From an uncultured Eubacteriales bacterium (lineage in GTDB: Bacteria > Bacillota > Clostridia > Peptostreptococcales > Anaerovoracaceae): 64,000 nucleotides of DNA. The translations under genes and the position numbers were made by a program. Where the stretch lies: positions 46,712 through 110,711 of the forward strand of contig CACWSO010000002.1 in the NCBI GenBank assembly GCA_902763505.1. Reading direction: 5' to 3'. The notes under the pieces were generated by a model, which worked only from the letters and a program-made list of their open reading frames with translations, was not told where the DNA came from and did no database searches. Below are positions 39,928 to 47,996 of this stretch, in pieces. Numbering within the stretch: the stretch's first letter is position 1; the number at the start of each line of letters is the position of its first letter.

Positions 39928-42231
39928 ATGAACAAAGTTGGATTTATAGGTCTCGGAATCATGGGACGTCCCATGGCGCTGAATCTCGTCAAAGGCGGCG
40001 TTGATCTGTACGTCAACGACATCGATCCGGCCGCAGTTAACGTCCTTACCGATGCAGGTGCAAAGGCAGCAGATTTGGCTGCGATCGGTCGTGAATGCGA
40101 CATCATCATCACGATTCTTCCAAACGGCGAGATCGTGAAAGACGTGCTGTTCGGAGCGAACGGACTGCAGCTCAAACCGGCAGCCAGTTCACCTGGCGCG
40201 CGCCGCGTCGTTTGCGACATGAGCTCCGTCACCCCAGTGGATTCCAGATTTTGCGAAGCGAAACTCGCAGAGCTCGGCATCGGTTTTGTGGACGCCCCGG
40301 TCAGCGGGGGAGAGCCGAAGGCCATCGACGGAACCCTGGCAATCATGGCCGGCGGAAGCCAGTCGGACTTCGACGCCCTCGTGCCGTACTTTGAAATCAT
40401 GGGCGACAGCTGGACCCTCGTCGGAGATTCCGGCTGCGGCAGCATCGCCAAGCTCGCTAACCAGGCCATCGTCAACATGACCATCGCGACCGTCGGCGAG
40501 GCTTTTGTATTAGCCTCAAAAGCAGGCGCGGATCCGCGCAAAGTCTACGAAGCCATCCGAGGAGGACTGGCGGGAAGCGCTGTGCTTGATGCAAAAGCAC
40601 CGATGATGATCGAGCGCAACTTCAAACCGGGTGGCAAGATTTCCATCAACCAGAAAGATATCAACAACGTCATGGCGACGGCAAAAGAACTGAAGGTCCC
40701 AATGCCTCTCGCCGCACAGCTGTCCCAGATCATGCAGTGGATGGATGTACACGACAATCTGAATGACGACCACGCAGGACTTGTGAAGTACTTCGAGGCA
40801 CTGGCAGATTGCGAAGTCGCCGCACCAGATGCTACTAAGGCAACCGCTACCTGTGATGCCACCACGGCCTGTGGCGATAGCGCTACCGACCCCGCAGACA
40901 TCGGCAAGACGATTGTCGTTCTCGACGACGACCCGACGGGAACCCAGACGGTCCACGACATCACCGTCTTCACCACATGGGAGACAGAGGAACTCGAAAA
41001 AGGACTGCAGGATGAAAAAGGTCTCTTCTATGTGCTGACCAATTCACGCGCCATGTCAAAAGAGACGACTATCGCAGTCCATAAGGAAATCATGAAGAAC
41101 CTGATCGAAGCGTCCAAACGCACAGGCAGGGATTTCTTAGTCATCAGCAGGAGCGACTCCACCCTGCGCGGGCACTTCCCGATTGAGACGGAAGTCATCC
41201 GCGAGTGCCTGGAAGAGGGTACCGGCGTCAAAGTCGACGGCGAATTCCTTTGTCCGTTCTTCCTGGAAGGCGGCAGGTTCACCATTGATGACATTCACTA
41301 CGTCAAGGATGGCGACCAGCTGATTCCGGCAGCGGAAACAGAGTTCGCTCGTGATGAAGTGTTCGGATACACGAAATCCAATCTCAAAGAATACATCGAA
41401 GAAAAAACCGGCGGCGCCTACAAAGCCTCAGATGTGATCTCCATCGGCCTCGATGAGATCCGCAGCGGCGATGTTGCCGGCATCGAAGAGAAACTCATGG
41501 GCGTGCACGATTTCCAGAAGGTGATCGTCAATGCCGAGACATACGACGATCTCGCAGTTTTTGCAAAAGCATTCAAGCAGGCTGTCAAAAACGGCAAGGT
41601 CTTCATCGGCCGTACTGCGGCGTCCATCGTCAAAGTTCTGGGAGGCGTTTCGGACCAGCCGCTGCTCACCAAGGCTGACATGTGCCCGGGCAAAGCCGAG
41701 ACCAGAGGCGTTGTCATGGTCGGCTCCTACACAGAGAAGACCACCCGCCAGATCGAAGCCGCCAGAGTCATTCCGCAAGTAGAGTGCATTGAATTCAATT
41801 CGCACACCGTCGGCTGCGACGTTTACTTCCCGTGCGAGATCAACAAGGCGGCGGCCAAGGCAGACGAAGCCATGCGTCAGGGAAAGACAGCTCTGATCTA
41901 CACGAAGAGAGAGCGCCTTTGCTTCGACGACGACTCAAAGGAAGAAATCCTCGCCCGTTCCGTCAAGATTTCGGAAGGCGTCAAGACCATCGTCGAAAAG
42001 CTCCAGGAGCGTCCTGACTTCATCATCGCCAAGGGCGGCATCACCTCCAGCGACATCGCGACAAAGGCCATGGGCATCAAGAGCGCGACCGTTGCCGGTC
42101 AGATCAAACCGGGCGTGCCCGTCTGGAAGAGCAGGGAAGACAATCGTTTCAAAGATATCGCCTACGTCATCTTCCCGGGCAACGTCGGAAACGACGACAC
42201 ACTGAAAGAGATCATAGAAGAGCTGCTGTAA
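39928..42231 (+). CDS. fusion protein: beta-hydroxyacid dehydrogenase (GarR/LtnD/HIBADH-like) plus four-carbon acid sugar kinase (DUF1537/OtnK-DtnK family)
   Basis: The N-terminus MNKVGFIGLGIMGRPMALNL is a Rossmann fold continuing to about residue 290. A Thr/Ala/Asp-rich linker follows. TIVVLDDDPTGTQTVHD then starts the DUF1537 domain. ATG 39928 follows a GAAGGAG ribosome-binding site. Confidence 0.75.
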   Translation: MNKVGFIGLGIMGRPMALNLVKGGVDLYVNDIDPAAVNVLTDAGAKAADLAAIGRECDIIITILPNGEIVKDVLFGANGLQLKPAASSPGARRVVCDMSSVTPVDSRFCEAKLAELGIGFVDAPVSGGEPKAIDGTLAIMAGGSQSDFDALVPYFEIMGDSWTLVGDSGCGSIAKLANQAIVNMTIATVGEAFVLASKAGADPRKVYEAIRGGLAGSAVLDAKAPMMIERNFKPGGKISINQKDINNVMATAKELKVPMPLAAQLSQIMQWMDVHDNLNDDHAGLVKYFEALADCEVAAPDATKATATCDATTACGDSATDPADIGKTIVVLDDDPTGTQTVHDITVFTTWETEELEKGLQDEKGLFYVLTNSRAMSKETTIAVHKEIMKNLIEASKRTGRDFLVISRSDSTLRGHFPIETEVIRECLEEGTGVKVDGEFLCPFFLEGGRFTIDDIHYVKDGDQLIPAAETEFARDEVFGYTKSNLKEYIEEKTGGAYKASDVISIGLDEIRSGDVAGIEEKLMGVHDFQKVIVNAETYDDLAVFAKAFKQAVKNGKVFIGRTAASIVKVLGGVSDQPLLTKADMCPGKAETRGVVMVGSYTEKTTRQIEAARVIPQVECIEFNSHTVGCDVYFPCEINKAAAKADEAMRQGKTALIYTKRERLCFDDDSKEEILARSVKISEGVKTIVEKLQERPDFIIAKGGITSSDIATKAMGIKSATVAGQIKPGVPVWKSREDNRFKDIAYVIFPGNVGNDDTLKEIIEELL

Positions 42232-42251
42232 GCAGCGATAGAGGAATCATT

Positions 42252-43859
42252 ATGAAAGCAGTTTTTTACAATGGAAAAGTTCTCGTCAGCGCAGACAAAG
42301 GCTTCAAGGATTACGTCGTGATCAACGGCAACAAAATCGAAGAAGTCGGCGATGATTTCGACCCGAGCCGTTTCGCCGGCTATGACCTGGTAGACCTCGA
42401 CGGGAAAATGCTCATGGCGGGCTTCACCGACGCCCATGCGCATCCATTCACATCGGCATTCCAGATGTCGCAAATCAACATCAATTACGAATCCGACCCT
42501 ACCGGCGTAATCGAAACCGCCAGAGAATATATCGAAAAGCACCCTAATAAAGAGAAATTCTTTGGCATCGGTTACGCCGAAGTAGGGTTCGGCATAGAAG
42601 GACCGAACCGGCACATGCTTGACGCGATCTGCCCAGACAAACCAGTCATCCTCGTCGGCGCATCCGGCCACGAAGCATTTGTAAACACAGCGGCGCTCAA
42701 AGCATGCGGCATTGATGAGAACACACCGGATCCAATCCCCGGAACCCAGTTCTTCAAACGCGACGAGACTGGTTACCCGACCGGCCACCTGATCGAAAGC
42801 GGGCCAATCACACAGGTCGTGCTCGGTCTGCAGCCTTTCGTCATCGAAGAAGCGAAGGAGACCCTCCTGAAGATTTTCGATGACTTTGCGAGCTACGGCA
42901 TCACATCCATCGACGACTGCGGTTTCATCCCGTATCTGAAAGAGCCGGCGGAAGAGCTGCTCGATGAGATGATTGCCAGCGGCCAAATGAAACAGCGCAT
43001 CTTCGGCAGCAACCACATCAACTGCCTGGAAGAAGCTGACGCTTGGGAAGAGTACCTCAACCACATGCGTGACAAATACGACACCGATATGGTGCGTTAC
43101 AACACGTTCAAAATCATCAACGACGGCATCGTCGAGGCCTGCAGCGCCAGCATGACGGAACCCTTTGAAGGCCATGACGAGCTCGTCATGCCTTTGATCT
43201 ACGGCGAAGACCTCCGCAACATCTGTGTGAAGGCTGCGTCGGAAGGCTTCGACGTACACCTTCATGGAATCGGCGACAACACCGTCCACGAAAATCTGCT
43301 TGCTGCAAAGGCAATCCGCGACGCTGGCTACGACGATACAATCATCACCATCGCCCACACCCAGTGCGTGCTTGAAGAGGACATCCCGAAGTTTGCAGAG
43401 TACGATGTCATCGCCAACACCACCGGCGTTTGGCACTATGGAGACCCTGCAGCATACGATCTCATCGGCAAACGCGCGGACCGCATGTTCCCGATGTACA
43501 GCATCATCAAATGCGGCGCCAAGATGAGCCTGGGCAGCGACTTCCCTGGTGATGAGTACGGCCCGCAGCCGCTCAACTCCATCGAAACCGCAACCACACG
43601 CCAGATGCTCGGAGATCCGGATTCCCCGATCCTCCAACCGGAATCAGAGCGCCTGCCGATGGACGAACTCATCAAAGGCTTCACCGAAACCGCCGTCTAT
43701 CAGGTCCGCATGGACGACAAACTCGGCACCATCGAACCGGGCAAATACGCCGACTTCATCATCCTCGACCAGAACCTGTACGAAGTCGACCCATACGAAC
43801 TCCGCAACGTCAAAGTCTGCATGACAGTGATGAACGGGGAGGTCACCTATCAGGCGTAA
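42252..43859 (+). CDS. metal-dependent amidohydrolase (amidohydrolase-3 / YtcJ-like)
   Basis: 535 aa. It has the GFTDAHAHPF HxH motif, HLHGIGD and a C-terminal GSDFP. Confidence 0.8.
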   Translation: MKAVFYNGKVLVSADKGFKDYVVINGNKIEEVGDDFDPSRFAGYDLVDLDGKMLMAGFTDAHAHPFTSAFQMSQININYESDPTGVIETAREYIEKHPNKEKFFGIGYAEVGFGIEGPNRHMLDAICPDKPVILVGASGHEAFVNTAALKACGIDENTPDPIPGTQFFKRDETGYPTGHLIESGPITQVVLGLQPFVIEEAKETLLKIFDDFASYGITSIDDCGFIPYLKEPAEELLDEMIASGQMKQRIFGSNHINCLEEADAWEEYLNHMRDKYDTDMVRYNTFKIINDGIVEACSASMTEPFEGHDELVMPLIYGEDLRNICVKAASEGFDVHLHGIGDNTVHENLLAAKAIRDAGYDDTIITIAHTQCVLEEDIPKFAEYDVIANTTGVWHYGDPAAYDLIGKRADRMFPMYSIIKCGAKMSLGSDFPGDEYGPQPLNSIETATTRQMLGDPDSPILQPESERLPMDELIKGFTETAVYQVRMDDKLGTIEPGKYADFIILDQNLYEVDPYELRNVKVCMTVMNGEVTYQA

Positions 43860-43894
43860 GAGCTTAAACGCAAACAACGAAACTAAGACAATAT

Positions 43895-43925
43895 AAACAG
43901 AGAGGCCAACAGCCTCTCTGTTTTA
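43895..43925. terminator. bidirectional intrinsic terminator between the convergent amidohydrolase and ybaK-like genes
   Basis: The stem aaacagagaggc/gcctctctgttt is flanked by an A-run and a T-run. Confidence 0.8.
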
Positions 43926-43946
43926 AAGCTTTGTATTATAGTTCTG

Positions 43947-44486
43947 CTATACTGCAACAAAGATCGGTTCATGACCCATTGCCGGAATAACCGTATTCAT
44001 AAAGTCCTGATTGGACATTCGAATGGTAACGGTGTTGACGCAAGGGTGCATGGCAAAGAGCTCTTCGTCCTGAAGAGACTCATCGATAATCAGTTGCACG
44101 CGGCCCTCCGGATCATTCAGCAACCCAAGGGGAGTCACAGCACCAGGTGTCAGACCAAGCACCTCATCCAGGTCATCTTCGTGGCAGAAAGTTAACTTTT
44201 TAATACCGGTCAGTTCGCTGATCTGCTTCAGGTCGATTCGCTTCGTTCCATTTACCAGAATGAGAAAGTAGTTGCGGCGTTTTTTATCCCTGAGGAATAC
44301 ATTCTTTGCGCCGACCACTCCGATGGCCTCATCCGCATCAGCCGCATCACCCATCGAGAACTCCTCTTGGTGATCAAGGTACAAATAGTCAATCCCCAGC
44401 TCGTCTAAAAACTCATATACGCGCTGTTCTTTTTCCGGCCGCTTATCGAAATCCTCCGGCCTTCCTTGTTTAACGATCAGTTCCAT
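43947..44486 (-). CDS. YbaK/ProX-type aminoacyl-tRNA deacylase (prolyl-tRNA editing domain protein)
   Basis: 179 aa. KNVFLRDKKRRNYFLILV...GLTPGAVTPLGLLND is typical of the YbaK/PrdX family. Confidence 0.7.
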   Translation of the reverse strand: MELIVKQGRPEDFDKRPEKEQRVYEFLDELGIDYLYLDHQEEFSMGDAADADEAIGVVGAKNVFLRDKKRRNYFLILVNGTKRIDLKQISELTGIKKLTFCHEDDLDEVLGLTPGAVTPLGLLNDPEGRVQLIIDESLQDEELFAMHPCVNTVTIRMSNQDFMNTVIPAMGHEPIFVAV

Positions 44487-44544
44487 GTATCATTTCCTCG
44501 TTTGTATTATTTTACCCATTTTATCATGGCGTCTCAAACGGTTA

Positions 44545-44575
44545 AAGAAAAAACCCGTTGGTATTCCAACGGGTC
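44545..44575 (-). terminator. intrinsic terminator downstream of the tRNA pair
   Basis: The stem acccgttgg/ccaacgggt is followed by a T-run on the minus strand. Confidence 0.8.
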
Positions 44576-44579
44576 CTTC

Positions 44580-44655
44580 TGGTGGAGCATAGGGGGCTCG
44601 AACCCCTGACCTCATGACTGCCAGTCATGCGCGCTCCCAGCTGCGCCAATGCCCC
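44580..44655 (-). tRNA. tRNA-Ala (anticodon GGC), CCA encoded
   Basis: The reverse complement GGGGCAUUGGCGCAGCUGGGAGCGCGCAUGACUGGCAGUCAUGAGGUCAGGGGUUCGAGCCCCCUAUGCUCCACCA folds as a 76-nt cloverleaf with the G3:U70 identity pair. Confidence 0.92.
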
Positions 44656-44658
44656 AGA

Positions 44659-44734
44659 TGGAGCCACTGGCCGGGATCGAACCGGCCACCTGCGCGTTAC
44701 GAATGCGCTGCTCTGCCGAATGAGCTACAGTGGC
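44659..44734 (-). tRNA. tRNA-Thr (anticodon CGU), CCA encoded
   Basis: The reverse complement GCCACUGUAGCUCAUUCGGCAGAGCAGCGCAUUCGUAACGCGCAGGUGGCCGGUUCGAUCCCGGCCAGUGGCUCCA folds as a 76-nt cloverleaf with one A31.C39 mismatch. The spacer to tRNA-Ala is 3 nt. Confidence 0.88.
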
Positions 44735-44766
44735 TCGCATAGGAGATCAACTCCTGCGCTTCACGA

Positions 44767-45900
44767 CTATTCTTGCATCTCCTCTATGAGCTCATCGATG
44801 TCGTTATACTGATAGGTTTCATCAGTATTGACTGTCTGAGATGAATCATTGGTAGTGCCAATCGTGAAGAAGTATATTATACCTGCAATTACGAATAATG
44901 CAATAATAATAGCAAAAATTCTAATGGCTTTTTTCAGTCTGCTCTTCTTGAGGGCTGCTTCTTCTGCCTTCGCGATATCCTCTGCTGTTTCAGCAGCAGG
45001 TTCCTCGGCCTTCGCGGCTTCTTCTGCCTTTTCTGCCTCAACAACAGGCTCTGCCGGTTTCTCTGCTTCAGCAGTTTCTGCGACTTCGGCTACCTCTGCC
45101 GGAACTTCCGCTGGCGCTTCTTCTGCCTCAGGGAGTTCGAGTTTCGGTTCTGCTGCCTCAGGGAGCTCAGCTTCCGGGATCTCGACTGCCGGTGGCTCAA
45201 CCGCTGCAGGTTCTTCCGGAACCTCTACCGCAACCGGTTCAACCTTAGGTTCCTCTGCGACAGCTTCCGCCGCAGCTGGTTCCGCAGGTTTCTCAACCTC
45301 TGCTGGTTTCTCAACTTCAGCCTCAGCCTTAGGCTCCTCAACCGGTTTCTCAGCAGGCTTTTTCTCTGCTTCCGCAGCTTTCTTTTTTCTAGACCAGAAC
45401 TTCGGCTTTTTCTCTTTTACAGGCTTCTCGGCCTTAGCAGGTTCCGCCGGCTTTTCTTCCTTCGCCGCTTCTTCCGCCTTCGTCTCAGCCTCAGCCGCAG
45501 GTTTCTCAGCCTCCGCTGCCTTCTCAGCTTCAACATCAACCGCCTCGGCCTTCGCCTCAACCGGCTTCCCCACCTTCGGCTCCGCCTTCACATCCTCGCC
45601 AGCCAACGCCGCTGCGATGGCAGCTGTGTCGATGGACTGGGTTGCACGCGCCTGCATCGCACGGCGGGCGTTCATCGCATTGATTCTCTTGAAGAGCGCT
45701 GCGATAGTCTTGCCCTGCTGCGGATCCTCGTAGAACAGCTTTACCCATTCGCCCTTGTAGCGGAATAGGAATGCTTTGTACGCCGAGGAGTGCTTGACCT
45801 GGCTGATTCCCGTATAAGAGTATACCTCGTGATCTATTGTCAGCGTCCGTTTGGAAAACTCGACGCTGTGTCCTTTCGCATTAAATTTGATCGACTCCAT
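44767..45900 (-). CDS. hypothetical membrane-anchored protein with a long Ala/Glu/Lys/Pro-rich low-complexity region
   Basis: 377 aa. It has a roughly 85-aa globular N-terminus, about 230 aa of AEKP repeats (including an 18-bp tandem at 45284-45319), one C-terminal transmembrane helix and an acidic tail. The stop lies 32 nt upstream of tRNA-Thr. Confidence 0.6.
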   Translation of the reverse strand: MESIKFNAKGHSVEFSKRTLTIDHEVYSYTGISQVKHSSAYKAFLFRYKGEWVKLFYEDPQQGKTIAALFKRINAMNARRAMQARATQSIDTAAIAAALAGEDVKAEPKVGKPVEAKAEAVDVEAEKAAEAEKPAAEAETKAEEAAKEEKPAEPAKAEKPVKEKKPKFWSRKKKAAEAEKKPAEKPVEEPKAEAEVEKPAEVEKPAEPAAAEAVAEEPKVEPVAVEVPEEPAAVEPPAVEIPEAELPEAAEPKLELPEAEEAPAEVPAEVAEVAETAEAEKPAEPVVEAEKAEEAAKAEEPAAETAEDIAKAEEAALKKSRLKKAIRIFAIIIALFVIAGIIYFFTIGTTNDSSQTVNTDETYQYNDIDELIEEMQE

Positions 45901-46043
45901 AAATCCTCCGCTTTGATTTCGTAGTCAGGAGCTTTATCTATAATAAGTCAGTAATTCTGTCAAAAACTAAAAAAATGCACCGAAGCTATGATAACAAAAG
46001 AAAACAAAAAATGCAAATTTTACAAGACAAAACCATAGTGTAA

Positions 46044-46052
46044 TGTTATAAT
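46044..46052 (+). promoter_or_regulatory. candidate extended -10 promoter (TGtTATAAT) for the DivIVA-like gene
   Basis: tgttataat at 46044-46052 in an AT-rich divergent spacer. Confidence 0.4.
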
Positions 46053-46121
46053 AGTGTATCAAAATGCGATTATTTGTAATTATACAGTTTATTATTGCAA
46101 TTTAAAAGAGGAACAAACAAA

Positions 46122-47342
46122 ATGGATAAGAGTGCTTTAAAAGACAAAAGACGTGAGACCGTTATCGGACTTCTGAAGGGAATGAACATCAAGAAAGATT
46201 CTGATGGTGGATTCGACAAAGATGATGTCTACGGTTGCATTCAGGAACTGTGCAACCTCTACGAAGAGCACATTGATGAGCTCGAGAACAACTATGAAGC
46301 TGAAATCTCCGAACTGACCAAGAGATATCAGAAGTATGACGAGAACAATGAATTGTACGTCAGCCTGATCCTCGAAGCGAAGAAGAGCAGCAATGAGATC
46401 ATCAACCAGGCAAAGACAGAAGTCGACGAGATTCTCAGAAACGGTAAGGAAAAGATCCAGGAGCAGGAAGAGCAGATGGAACAGTTCCGTATCGACAGCG
46501 AGAAGGAGAGAGATTCCGTCCTGGCTGATCTGAAGGCAAGCAAGGAAGTTGCAGACGCCGAGAAGGCTGCCATGAAGGTTGAGCTGGAAGCTGAGAAAGA
46601 GAAACTCGAAGCGACAAAGAACAAATACAGACAGCAGGTTGCAGCGATGGAAGATGAATTCGCTGAGATCAGAACCAACATTCTCAGAACATCCGCTAGA
46701 CTGGACAGCCTGAAGGCGCAGACAGAAGAGATGGCACCTTCCGTAGACTGGGAAGTTGACGAAGATGAAACAGCCGTTGAAGTTCCAACAGCAGACATCG
46801 AAGTAGATGAGTTCGCTGAGATCGAACTTCCGGAGGAGCCTGTAGAAGCAGCTCCTGTAGAAGAGCCGGTAGCATTTGAGGAACCAGTCATTGAAGAGCT
46901 TCCGGAAGAACCGGTAGAAGTTGCAGCAGAGGAGCCAGTCGAAGCACCGGCAGAAGAAGCAGCACCAGCGGAAGACCTCTTTGCAGATGCATTCTTCAAG
47001 GATGAACTCTTCGCAGACGCTCCGAAGGAAGAAGGAAACGTTGCAGCAATCGAAGAGGCACTCGCTGAAGCACCGGCAGAGGCAGCAGAAGCAGCACCTG
47101 CAGTAGAGCACGAGGCAACTGTGGAAGAACTGCTGGCAAGCATGGACGCTCTGGCAGACGATCTCCCAACTGAGGACCTCGGCGAAAAGGCAGCTGGAGC
47201 CGCTGAAGATGTAGATGCAATGCTCGATGAGATCTCATTCGACGACCTGATCGACGAAGGCGCAGAGAAAGTTGCAGAAGCTGCACCTGCAGAGGAAATC
47301 TCATTTGACAGCCTCGAAGCACTTTTCAAAAATGAACAGTAA
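46122..47342 (+). CDS. DivIVA-domain-like coiled-coil protein with an acidic Ala/Glu/Pro-rich C-terminus
   Basis: GGFDKDDVYGCIQELCNLYEEHIDELE resembles the DivIVA N-terminal motif (GYDxDEVDEFLD). A coiled-coil middle and an AEP-rich tail follow. ATG 46122 follows an AGAGGA ribosome-binding site. Confidence 0.5.
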   Translation: MDKSALKDKRRETVIGLLKGMNIKKDSDGGFDKDDVYGCIQELCNLYEEHIDELENNYEAEISELTKRYQKYDENNELYVSLILEAKKSSNEIINQAKTEVDEILRNGKEKIQEQEEQMEQFRIDSEKERDSVLADLKASKEVADAEKAAMKVELEAEKEKLEATKNKYRQQVAAMEDEFAEIRTNILRTSARLDSLKAQTEEMAPSVDWEVDEDETAVEVPTADIEVDEFAEIELPEEPVEAAPVEEPVAFEEPVIEELPEEPVEVAAEEPVEAPAEEAAPAEDLFADAFFKDELFADAPKEEGNVAAIEEALAEAPAEAAEAAPAVEHEATVEELLASMDALADDLPTEDLGEKAAGAAEDVDAMLDEISFDDLIDEGAEKVAEAAPAEEISFDSLEALFKNEQ

Positions 47343-47370
47343 GACAGCAAAGACAGAGAAATAGATTCTG

Positions 47371-47403
47371 AGTACGCGGCGCAGTTGTGTCGCGTACTTT
47401 ATT
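47371..47403 (+). terminator. intrinsic terminator after the DivIVA-like gene
   Basis: The stem agtacgcg/cgcgtact is followed by ttatt. Confidence 0.6.
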
Positions 47404-47423
47404 AATCCACTGGAGGCGACAGC

Positions 47424-47996
47424 ATGGAATCACTAAAAGAAAAAATCCTGACAGAAGGCGAAGCGATTGGGACTGAGATCGTGAAAGTTGATGGTTTTCT
47501 CAACCACCAGATCGACGTGAAATTCCTGGAGGAAATCGGCGAGGAGTTCAAGAGAAGATTCGACGATATCGAAGTGGACAAGATCCTCACTGTAGAAGCT
47601 AGCGGAATCGCCATTGCGTGTATGGCAGCGCCGCTGTTCGGATATCCGCCTGTTGTCTTTGCGAAGAAAGCAGCACCGAGCACCATGAACGAAGGCTTCT
47701 ACGAAGCCGAAGCAAAGTCCTTCACCAAAGGCACGATATCCAAGCTGAAGGTCGCGAAGAAGTTTCTGAACGAAGGAGACAAGGTGCTCATCATCGACGA
47801 TTTTATGGCCAGCGGTGAAGCGGCAGCAGCCCTTGCGCAGATCGCAACAGAAGCGGGCGCGGAGGTCGTCGGAGTCGGCGCAGTCATCGAGAAGGGCTTC
47901 CAGGGAGGTTCCGAGAGACTGCGTAGCATGGGGTACAGGGTAGAATCCCTTGCAGTCATAGAGAAGATAGAAGATGGAGTTTTGACTTTTGAATGA
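47424..47996 (+). CDS. xpt: xanthine phosphoribosyltransferase
   Basis: 190 aa. LKEKILTEGEAIG..VKVDGFLNHQID...ILTVEASGIAIA...VLIIDDFMASGEA. Confidence 0.9.
   Translation: MESLKEKILTEGEAIGTEIVKVDGFLNHQIDVKFLEEIGEEFKRRFDDIEVDKILTVEASGIAIACMAAPLFGYPPVVFAKKAAPSTMNEGFYEAEAKSFTKGTISKLKVAKKFLNEGDKVLIIDDFMASGEAAAALAQIATEAGAEVVGVGAVIEKGFQGGSERLRSMGYRVESLAVIEKIEDGVLTFE

Noticed and set aside
42162-43637. Long antisense ORFs opposite well-supported genes
   Set aside because: Examples are 42162-43637 (491 aa), 39534-40541, 47956-49203, 55962-56951, 19193-20266, 5138-5950, 27985-28821 and 33365-34192. All lie opposite genes with unmistakable homology (amidohydrolase, dehydrogenase-kinase fusion, PHP/cysS, LCP, secA, purO, ABC ATPase, addB). 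They show the shadow-ORF composition typical of moderately GC-rich coding DNA.
44849-47350. ORFs 44849-45733(+), 46137-47111(-) and 46328-47350(-), encoding Ser/Ala/Gly-rich or Cys/Leu/Phe-rich products
   Set aside because: They are reading-frame artefacts of the GCn/GAA/CCG low-complexity repeats in the two A/E/P/K-rich genes. They have no start context, and the sense-strand genes carry recognisable N-terminal domains and ribosome-binding sites.
47343-47423. Purine riboswitch upstream of xpt (and upstream of purE at 1-62)
   Set aside because: The xpt spacer holds only a terminator hairpin (47371-47403) and the ribosome-binding site. The purE upstream region visible in the window is 62 nt, with a -10 element about 33 nt from the ATG. 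Neither contains the UAUAAU...UUUCUACC...GACUAU core that is seen at 25735-25805.
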